In this document: positions 15,739 through 22,857 of the stretch, piece by piece | Numbering within the stretch: position 1 is the stretch's first letter | Layout of the letters: every line of letters begins with the position of its first letter | Virus genome (UHGV): UHGV-1359735 | DNA: 41,735 nt | Source: a virus | Direction: 5' to 3' (one strand) | Notes under the pieces: model-generated | What the model saw: only the letters and a program-made list of their open reading frames with translations | Database searches by the model: none | What the model was told of the DNA's origin: nothing | Position numbers and translations under genes: made by a program

Positions 15739-18069
15739 TTAAGCTCCTATGTAAGTTGCACCAGCAACAGGATATTCAATGGATATGCGTATATCAGTCG
15801 TGTCTCTTACAACAGAACCATCCATAGGCTGCCCACCTAAAAACAGATTCAATGTCGTTCCTGACGTGACACTGCAAGTAACAGGCAAGGTTCTATTCGG
15901 TATGTTTAATGTAGAGGTTACAGTTTTAGAGTTATCCTCATCCAATACGCCATGGATTTCGTACGTCTGGTTACCAAGAAGAACCTGGCAATGAACGCCA
16001 GACCCACTGCGCTGGCCAGGAGCAATTGCTATTGGGAGGCTTATAGATAGGTTTCCTGCAGGCTGTGTAGTAATGGATCCTATCGTCATCCATAGAGACA
16101 ATTTGCAATTGTCATTGCTGATCTCATAGTTCCCACCCCTTGTTGAATAGGTAATGACCCCAGCGGTGGCTGATCCTGTTAATGACGGATTAAAAGTGCC
16201 GGCTCTTGCCCCTATCATCGGCTTATTTGTTGAATCGTATGTTACTTCATCAACAGAACCAGTAGACTGATTTCTATTATCATAAGCATGTGATCTTGCA
16301 CATGTTCCTGAGAAATGAATTGCTCTTCCTGCAACTGAACAAGTCACTTTGTTATTTTCTGCATGAAGTCCAAAAAGGCCACGCATTTTAATGGCATAGT
16401 TTTGTTTTGAAGAAACCACATAACAGTTTTTTACAGAAATACTATGAGCAGTGTTTTGGCTGGTAATAAGGAATCCCGCATAGTCCCATCCAAGGGTGCC
16501 AGGGAGATCATATCCAATCAGTACACCAGCTTCCGTATTCGCACTGCCAGTACTACCATTACCGTTATTATAGAAATAACATCCTTCTATGGTTCCTCCA
16601 TGAGCTGGGTTTATTACAGTAGAGCCAGCATCGGCATTTGTACCTGAAGCAATACCTATACCCCAGGCTCCATTTTCAGAGTGTTCGATATTGGCACCAG
16701 TAACAGAGAAGCCAGCAGGGTTGCATAACATTAAATTGCCAACCCAGCCATGATGGTAAGTTCCACCAACAATAGAGATTCCAGTATGGTCATTAGTGTA
16801 ACCAATGCGACATGGAGTCTCTCCACCAAAGTACTCGCCTCCAATAATACTGCATCCCCACGCTCTTTTAGACCCTAACCACAGGCCATAACGCGCTCTC
16901 AATGGCTTCCCACTTCCATCAGTTGCAGTTGTATCCCCAGCCCAGAAGTCACAACTAATCACAAAACTGTTGTAACAACGAGGCACTTTTATAAGTGCGT
17001 CTGGGTAATATGTCGTCCCGACATATCTTACTTTTAAATCCTTTAAAATTATTCTCCTTGTTCTTTCCCCTGCTGCTTCCCTGGATAGAACTATCTGACC
17101 GCCATTCATTAATAATATCCCGTTAATAATATTAACGTTAATATCTAAATTATGGCTTTCATAAAGAGTATATTGCTTACCCCTAAGATCAATTGTGTAA
17201 GGTAACGAAGTTCCGAGAAGTGTGTCTGGCAACGACTCAAGATATGAAAACATTAATGACCAAAGCTGATCATCTGTAGGCTCTGCTATTCCCACACCAA
17301 ACATTTCAGGATATACAATTCTCCCCAAAGACAACATTTCCTGAACATTTAATCCATTTTCTGTTCCAACAAGCGATGCGCCGGCCGTGCTAGCAAGTTT
17401 GATGGCAAGGTCTGCTGTGTCGGTTTGACCAGCAATGGCTACTGGATTTCCAAGATCATTAAAGCCAAGGAGCATGTTCGAGCGAACATTTACCGGAGGA
17501 ACAATTCCCACATCAGACTCTGGAACTCGTAGTGACCTTCTGAATAATTTATCTGTGTAAGAATTAGAACTGTCCAGAATGCTGTCAGCATAATTTTTTG
17601 TAGCGGCATCCTGTGACTGTGATGGGTCACGCAGGTTACGAATGCGATTATTCAGTGCATCGTAGTAGTTCGCCAGCCATGATGGTTTCCTGAGTGATAG
17701 TCCAGACCACCAACCATAGGCCTGTTGCACCAGCATAGTCAGCTTATCGAAAGCATCTTCGTGGATCTCAGGAAAGAAGCCCCCCTGGTTCCTGATGCTG
17801 GCTTCCTGCGTAACCGGCGTGCTGCGCTCGATAGAGATTTTGTAGCCAGCTGGCAGCGCTGATGTCAGAACCACCTTCCCCCCGTTGTAACGGTTCACGC
17901 CGGTAACCGTGTAGTCGGTACCGAGTGTTAGCGTCACGATGTTTTCGGAGGTATCCAGGGTCTGCACCAGCAGGTGGCTTTTATCCAGGATGCGGAACGT
18001 GAAATCGTATTGGGTAGTGGCGCCGTTCCCGGTGTACTCGTTACGGCTTACCTGCGTTGAAACTGTCAT
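15739..18069 (-). CDS. Tailspike / tail fiber with T7 gp17-like N-terminal adaptor and beta-helix depolymerase body
   Basis: N-terminus MTVSTQVSRNEYTGNGATTQYDFTFRI is the conserved podovirus tail-fiber N-terminal domain; the remaining ~620 aa look like a beta-helix depolymerase; GC drops sharply at ~17600-17650 (module swap). Confidence 0.85.
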   Translation of the reverse strand: MTVSTQVSRNEYTGNGATTQYDFTFRILDKSHLLVQTLDTSENIVTLTLGTDYTVTGVNRYNGGKVVLTSALPAGYKISIERSTPVTQEASIRNQGGFFPEIHEDAFDKLTMLVQQAYGWWSGLSLRKPSWLANYYDALNNRIRNLRDPSQSQDAATKNYADSILDSSNSYTDKLFRRSLRVPESDVGIVPPVNVRSNMLLGFNDLGNPVAIAGQTDTADLAIKLASTAGASLVGTENGLNVQEMLSLGRIVYPEMFGVGIAEPTDDQLWSLMFSYLESLPDTLLGTSLPYTIDLRGKQYTLYESHNLDINVNIINGILLMNGGQIVLSREAAGERTRRIILKDLKVRYVGTTYYPDALIKVPRCYNSFVISCDFWAGDTTATDGSGKPLRARYGLWLGSKRAWGCSIIGGEYFGGETPCRIGYTNDHTGISIVGGTYHHGWVGNLMLCNPAGFSVTGANIEHSENGAWGIGIASGTNADAGSTVINPAHGGTIEGCYFYNNGNGSTGSANTEAGVLIGYDLPGTLGWDYAGFLITSQNTAHSISVKNCYVVSSKQNYAIKMRGLFGLHAENNKVTCSVAGRAIHFSGTCARSHAYDNRNQSTGSVDEVTYDSTNKPMIGARAGTFNPSLTGSATAGVITYSTRGGNYEISNDNCKLSLWMTIGSITTQPAGNLSISLPIAIAPGQRSGSGVHCQVLLGNQTYEIHGVLDEDNSKTVTSTLNIPNRTLPVTCSVTSGTTLNLFLGGQPMDGSVVRDTTDIRISIEYPVAGATYIGA

Positions 18070-18167
18070 AGTCTGCTCCAGTGGTCAGCGCTGGCGCGCG
18101 TGAATAGAAGCATTCTATTACCCATCAAACCATATATGAATAAAACAGATCGAAACGAGCAAAAACA

Positions 18168-18182
18168 TTACCATTAAGGTAA
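18168..18182. promoter_or_regulatory. Operator-like palindrome TTACCattaaGGTAA in the divergent tailspike / Ant-C-paralog region
   Basis: Perfect copy of the dispersed motif; a half-site lies at 18207-18211. Confidence 0.55.
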
Positions 18183-18256
18183 ATAAAAACCTTCTGGAAA
18201 ACCCTGTTACCTTTTGATATATGTATATATATACAGTATTTATCGGAGTAATCCTA

Positions 18257-18517
18257 ATGCCAGAGCGGTACCAGTATCCTGTCGACGAAGGTTTTGCGGA
18301 TCGTATTCACACCCCGGAAGGGGTCAGATCCCTGGTTGTAAAATCACAGCTGATGGAGTTGCTCAGGGAGATGGAGCGAGACGGCCACGATGTCAGCGGT
18401 GCGGCGGCGGAACTGGTGGCACTGGTTAACTATGTGACAAGCTCGCAGCTGTCGATGCGGGAGCTGCAAACACACCTGGATTTCTGCGCAATGCAGATTA
18501 GACAACATTTAAAGTAA
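18257..18517 (+). CDS. Small protein homologous to the C-terminal domain of the Ant antirepressor (86 aa)
   Basis: ATG 18257 after GGAG SD; about 50% identity to the C-terminal ~75 aa of the 20051..20740 product (IH.P.G.R.L..S.M.LLRE...DGHDVSGAAAE). Preceded by an operator and a LexA-like box. Confidence 0.5.
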   Translation: MPERYQYPVDEGFADRIHTPEGVRSLVVKSQLMELLREMERDGHDVSGAAAELVALVNYVTSSQLSMRELQTHLDFCAMQIRQHLK

Positions 18518-18582
18518 GTTATAAGCTACTCGTCTACATGCTATACTTATATGAAGACGAGTTGCTAATAAACGGTGGTAAA

Positions 18583-18738
18583 ATGAATGTGTTTTTAAAA
18601 AAAGAGTCTAATTCTTTAACTTCCACTGTAAAAATGCTAATAGTGGCAATTGTTACATATCAGATCGGGATAGGATGGGGGCTAATATGCATTGCTACTA
18701 TAAATGTGCTCCCATCCATAACAATAAAATTTAATTAA
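18583..18738 (+). CDS. Small membrane peptide (51 aa)
   Basis: ATG 18583 after GGTGG SD; one TM helix (MLIVAIVTYQIGIGWGLICIATI); 3' end overlaps the convergent 283-aa gene by 8 nt; AT-rich. Confidence 0.3.
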   Translation: MNVFLKKESNSLTSTVKMLIVAIVTYQIGIGWGLICIATINVLPSITIKFN

Positions 18739-19582
18739 GTTTTACACTCATTTGCCCAACATAATTAAACGGGTTTGATTTATCTATTCTTCTTAATGAC
18801 ATGGCAGAAGAAAAGTTCACAAAAGTACTAAATCCGTAGGTTGCTGAAGCTAAAATAGCACCTGTTTCTGGAAGACCTATTGATTTGGCGCCAAAATACG
18901 CTGCACCTGCATTTGTTACTATCTCAGGAATATTGAAGTTAAATTTTACTTCTGATAAGTTAAATTTTATACGGCTTTCACCATACAATCTAATAACATC
19001 TGCGCAAGCTTTATCTATCTCATTTATTGCCACCTTAAGTTCTAAGTCTCTGTTTTGCGAATTTAATACTCTTGTGTTAAGTTCATTAATTTTATTCATG
19101 AGGTTTTCTAGTTCCCCCTTTCTTTTAAGCCTGAACTCCAATATATCATGGATGTTTACACTTTCATCAGGCTCTGGAATTGCATTTATCAAAGTAAATA
19201 ACTCACCATTATCCGGAGCAACCTCATTGCTATTCTTAATCAATACTTTATCAGCCTCACTAGCAATAAAATTTATATCTTTTCGCGCAAGTGAATCAAT
19301 CATAAATTTCATATTTGCGTCATATAATAGCGTAGCAAAATCACCACTGCCATTGATACGTAACATTACCTCAGTAAATAACCCTTCCCTTTTAAGTTCT
19401 GGTATACCTGGGGTTTCGTCATTAGAGATATTAATTAAATTGTTGTTTGTTGTAATTATTTTATCCCAATAAAGAGCATTTATTAATAACTTCCTATAGT
19501 TTAAATTAGATTCTGCTATATGTATGCTATTATTATCTGCGTTAATAAACATATCAGGAAACATTAAAACATGATTTTCCAT
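18731..19582 (-). CDS. Hypothetical 283-aa protein, very AT-rich moron (candidate defense/exclusion gene)
   Basis: Long clean ORF with Asn/Ile/Lys-rich composition; GC about 30% versus the ~52% backbone; isolated between tailspike and ant. Confidence 0.5.
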   Translation of the reverse strand: MENHVLMFPDMFINADNNSIHIAESNLNYRKLLINALYWDKIITTNNNLINISNDETPGIPELKREGLFTEVMLRINGSGDFATLLYDANMKFMIDSLARKDINFIASEADKVLIKNSNEVAPDNGELFTLINAIPEPDESVNIHDILEFRLKRKGELENLMNKINELNTRVLNSQNRDLELKVAINEIDKACADVIRLYGESRIKFNLSEVKFNFNIPEIVTNAGAAYFGAKSIGLPETGAILASATYGFSTFVNFSSAMSLRRIDKSNPFNYVGQMSVKLN

Positions 19583-19768
19583 TTAATCACCCATAGTATG
19601 TGTAGTAATAAAAATAATTTATGTAACTTTATTGGTTAGAATCACATTGGTAAATATCAACACCAAAAAATATACTAGAACTATGTTTAGGATTGTTCTA
19701 TATGCACATAAAAAAAAGCGCAAAACAACTCATAAAGAGATTGATTTTACTTAATAAACAAAATAAGA

Positions 19769-19783
19769 TTACCAAAATGGTAA
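19769..19783. promoter_or_regulatory. Operator-like palindrome TTACCaaaatGGTAA plus promoter upstream of ant
   Basis: TTGATT(19741-19746)-17bp-TAAGAT(19764-19769) promoter directly abutting the perfect palindrome. Confidence 0.55.
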
Positions 19784-19874
19784 ATTTACAACCCATTTCC
19801 CTTGTGCCATAGTGATCAGGCATCGGCAAAATCCGGTGCCGGGATTGGCGTCCCGGATAACTAAACGGCGCACA

Positions 19875-19898
19875 ACACGCGCACTGCGTGTTTTTTTG
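19875..19898 (+). terminator. Intrinsic terminator in the ant leader
   Basis: ACACGC-gcact-GCGTGT stem-loop followed by TTTTTTT, about 100 nt downstream of the ant promoter/operator and ~150 nt before the ant start. Confidence 0.55.
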
Positions 19899-20050
19899 TG
19901 CACGCGCTCTGACGCACCTATCCAATGGTGGGCTGGGCGGGGGTCCGAAAGGACGCCGGTATCCGTTTAGGCCGGTACGCCAACTCCGTTCAGTTCACCA
20001 CCAGTAATTGGCGTTGCGGTGGTGATAACTCTACTAAGCGGGGTATCACA

Positions 20051-20740
20051 ATGAACACCAAACCTTCCATTTTCAATTTCGAATCAGACTCAGCTATTCG
20101 CGCCATTATGATCGATGGCAATCCTTGGTTTTTTGCATCCGATGTTTGCCGCGCGATTGGCATCGCAAACCATCGTGATGCAGTTCGCAAACTTGATGAT
20201 GACGAGAAGGGCGTCGGCTCAACCGACACCCTTGGTGGTGAGCAAGAATCAGTTATCATCTCCGAGTCTGGCCTCTACACTCTTATCCTCCGCTGCCGCG
20301 ATGCGGTGACGCCGGGCACCATCCCCTACCGCTTCCGCAAATGGGTAACCAGCGAGGTGCTGCCGCAGATCCGCAAGACTGGCCGCTACGTTCGGGAAGA
20401 ACTCTCCCAGGCTGATAAAGCCCGCATGCTGGCGCAGGAGATGACCAGCAGCATGTTGCCGGCGATCATGGATGCATTGCAGATCGAGCAGAAGCACTAC
20501 ACCTTCCCTCTTAACCGACGCTATCAGGATCACATCCATTCACCTGATGGCCTGCGTGAACTGGCGAAAAGCTCAATGGTGATGAAGCTGCTCCGCGAAC
20601 TCGATGCTGACGGGCATGATGTGTCCGGCGCCGCCGCAGAGGTCACAGCTATGCTCAGCTACATTGTTGGTATCGGCGCCGTACTGCGCGACATAGAGAC
20701 GCATGCTCAGTACGTGATGGCTAAAGCCAAGGGTTACTGA
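20051..20740 (+). CDS. ant: Antirepressor (BRO-N/Ant family)
   Basis: Starts MNTKPSIFNFESDSAIRAIMIDGNPWFFASDVCRAIG..., the BRO-N domain typical of Ant antirepressors; track ORF 19925..20740, probable start ATG 20051. Confidence 0.75.
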   Translation: MNTKPSIFNFESDSAIRAIMIDGNPWFFASDVCRAIGIANHRDAVRKLDDDEKGVGSTDTLGGEQESVIISESGLYTLILRCRDAVTPGTIPYRFRKWVTSEVLPQIRKTGRYVREELSQADKARMLAQEMTSSMLPAIMDALQIEQKHYTFPLNRRYQDHIHSPDGLRELAKSSMVMKLLRELDADGHDVSGAAAEVTAMLSYIVGIGAVLRDIETHAQYVMAKAKGY

Positions 20741-20803
20741 GGCTGCTGGCGCAGGGAAGCGCCTTTAAAATAATTCTTGACGGACTTCATGGGTGGCTTA
20801 AGA

Positions 20804-20818
20804 TTACCGTATTGGTAA
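20804..20818. promoter_or_regulatory. Operator-like palindrome TTACCgtattGGTAA upstream of moron operon
   Basis: Preceded by TTGACG ... TAAGAT promoter-like elements; TAAGATTACC junction identical to the ant promoter. Confidence 0.5.
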
Positions 20819-20869
20819 TTCAACCATGTGTTGAGTATCCGCTTGCATTAACGTTTGTTAGAGGTATGT

Positions 20870-21205
20870 ATGAGCAGAAGATATAGCAAAGAGCTGGCTT
20901 TAGAGTCAGGGAGCCCTTTGGGTATCGCTCCTCGCTCTGACTACTCCGGCTTTGTGAAAAGAGACTCATCAACCGGCAAGTTCCTCGAACAAGATATGCG
21001 GGTGGTCGGTGATGACTTACGTAGGTCCGCAACGACCATTTATAAAAAGTACATCATAAAAGATGGGAAAAGAGTTGATGCCCCTCAAGGAAAGATGTTT
21101 GCCGTAACTCTACATAAGGAAGGTCTTGATGCTGCCGAAACACCAAAATCAAGTTCCCCAAGATACGACAAATACGCCAGACTTTACTGGCAAACAAAGC
21201 GATAA
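20870..21205 (+). CDS. Hypothetical protein (111 aa)
   Basis: ATG 20870 after GAGG SD; first gene after the operator/promoter at 20777-20818. Confidence 0.4.
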   Translation: MSRRYSKELALESGSPLGIAPRSDYSGFVKRDSSTGKFLEQDMRVVGDDLRRSATTIYKKYIIKDGKRVDAPQGKMFAVTLHKEGLDAAETPKSSSPRYDKYARLYWQTKR

Positions 21206-21674
21206 CCCCGAATTTGAAGAAGTCGAGGAAGATCTAAGTAAAGAGATCATTGAACATCCGGATGCTTTTTCGCGTGTGCTCGACAGGCCTGAAATTCAAG
21301 AAATCGTTGTTGCTCACCACGCATTTCAAGGCCCGCTACCTCCTCCATATCTTTTACGTGGGTATCAGGAAATCTTACCTGATGCCCCCGAGCGTATCTT
21401 TCAACTAACGGAGAGAGAATTTGCTCACAGGCATAAGATGGAGGAAAAAGCACTTGATGGCGCCATCAACAGGGATAAAAGAGGACAGCACTACGGTCTA
21501 GGCGCTACAATCTTTACCGTCGGTTGTGCCACCGTCTTAGGCCTGACCGGGCATGAAGTGTTGGCAGGAACGGTCATCGGCATAGTAGTTGCAGTAGCTT
21601 GTATTTTTGTTCTCAGGCAAAAACCAATCATCAAAAAGAAGCCAGAGAATAACGAAAAACCTGATGAAGAATAG
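21126..21674 (+). CDS. DUF2335-like protein with two C-terminal TM helices
   Basis: Acidic N-terminus, conserved central region (PPPYLLRGYQEILPDAPERIF..E..HRHKME), hydrophobic C-terminus; start uncertain because it overlaps the upstream ORF. Confidence 0.45.
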   Translation: MMLPKHQNQVPQDTTNTPDFTGKQSDNPEFEEVEEDLSKEIIEHPDAFSRVLDRPEIQEIVVAHHAFQGPLPPPYLLRGYQEILPDAPERIFQLTEREFAHRHKMEEKALDGAINRDKRGQHYGLGATIFTVGCATVLGLTGHEVLAGTVIGIVVAVACIFVLRQKPIIKKKPENNEKPDEE

Positions 21675-21765
21675 CCCGGGCCACGGTCTTTTTGATGGAT
21701 GAAATATCAGCCAAGCGCTACAATCAAAAAGCCACGGTTCAGTGGTCTACGCATGGTAAGTGAAA

Positions 21766-21918
21766 ATGAAAAAAGCATTAGCAGTGCTGTTTGTTCTGTT
21801 GTCTCTGGGTTCAGCTACACAAGCTTTCGCTGGTAACTGCCAGCATCCTGATGATACTGCAGCTGATGGCTCACGCTGTGGCGGCCGTTCTGCTGACTCC
21901 CGCCCCGGCGGTCAGTGA
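21766..21918 (+). CDS. Small secreted peptide (50 aa; signal peptide + Cys pair)
   Basis: Not in track. MKKALAVLFVLLSLGSATQAFA signal peptide, then a 28-aa Gly/Asp-rich mature part with 2 Cys; followed by the 21926-21950 terminator. Confidence 0.35.
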   Translation: MKKALAVLFVLLSLGSATQAFAGNCQHPDDTAADGSRCGGRSADSRPGGQ

Positions 21919-21925
21919 TAATTAA

Positions 21926-21950
21926 GGCCGCGAAAGCGGCCTGTTTGTTG
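21926..21950 (+). terminator. Intrinsic terminator
   Basis: GGCCGC-gaaa-GCGGCC GNRA-loop hairpin followed by TGTTTGTTG. Confidence 0.55.
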
Positions 21951-21954
21951 CTGA

Positions 21955-22404
21955 CTATTTCCTGAATGCCTCCTTCCCTTTCCATCCATTAGACGAAAGA
22001 ACCGGATGAAGGGTACCCAAGATAAATCCAACAATGGCAAAGCGGGGATCATCTACCTGGTCCTTTAACTCTTCAATCTGATGCACCGGCATCCATGCGA
22101 CCAGATCTCCGATTTGTAGTTTTGGACCGTTGGCATAAGCAGATTCAGCGATTACTGTGAACCCACCGTCATCAGAGCATACGCGCAATATAGCTCTCTG
22201 GACTCCGGATTGCGTACTGTAAGGCTGATCCCCATCAGGTCCTGGGATTATAATGGCCGGCAACGCTGAGTTCATTAATATCTTTGTGTCAAGATAACTA
22301 CAAGCATACTCGAATGCAGCTAGGTTATCCTTAAAAACAAGTGGCTGCACCGTATTGCTAACTTCCTTCTTGCCGATTAATCTGTTTATCATCTTTTTGA
22401 ACAT
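21955..22404 (-). CDS. Hypothetical cytoplasmic protein (149 aa)
   Basis: Probable ATG start 22404 (MFKKMINRL...); divergently adjacent to the secreted-protein gene. Confidence 0.45.
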   Translation of the reverse strand: MFKKMINRLIGKKEVSNTVQPLVFKDNLAAFEYACSYLDTKILMNSALPAIIIPGPDGDQPYSTQSGVQRAILRVCSDDGGFTVIAESAYANGPKLQIGDLVAWMPVHQIEELKDQVDDPRFAIVGFILGTLHPVLSSNGWKGKEAFRK

Positions 22405-22416
22405 AAAGGCCACCAA

Positions 22417-22857
22417 ATGATTAAGCTGGTTTGCACCATCACAGCAACTTTGTTGTTTACATTACCAATTTTTTCTTATGCAAACGACATATGCTTTAAA
22501 AATTTGATAAAGGAAGATATGTGCGCATATGCAAGTAAAGTTGCCTCAGAAGCAGGCAAGTCACTTCCCATAAAATTGAATGATAATATGTCTATTATTT
22601 CAGTAAATTCGATATTTAACAAATTGTTATTTGTAGCACGCTTAAATTACAACCAAGACTATTTATCAAAAATTTATAATGGAGATGTAAATTTAGAAAG
22701 TAAATTAAAGGGTGTTATGAAGAATTATTCAAAATCAAGCATTTGCACTAACAGGCAAACAAGAGCATTTGTTGGGCTTGGTGGAGAAATTGAGTATAGA
22801 TATGTATTTAGTGATGGCAATGTATTTGACACATACGCCATCACTAGCTGTGAATAG
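22417..22857 (+). CDS. Secreted (periplasmic) Cys-containing protein, AT-rich moron
   Basis: Signal peptide MIKLVCTITATLLFTLPIFSYA; 4 Cys in the mature part; GC about 30%. Confidence 0.55.
   Translation: MIKLVCTITATLLFTLPIFSYANDICFKNLIKEDMCAYASKVASEAGKSLPIKLNDNMSIISVNSIFNKLLFVARLNYNQDYLSKIYNGDVNLESKLKGVMKNYSKSSICTNRQTRAFVGLGGEIEYRYVFSDGNVFDTYAITSCE

Noticed and set aside
19698-19925. 75-aa minus-strand ORF in the ant upstream region
   Set aside because: It overlaps the promoter/operator and terminator of ant, has a Cys/Phe-rich odd composition, and has no SD.
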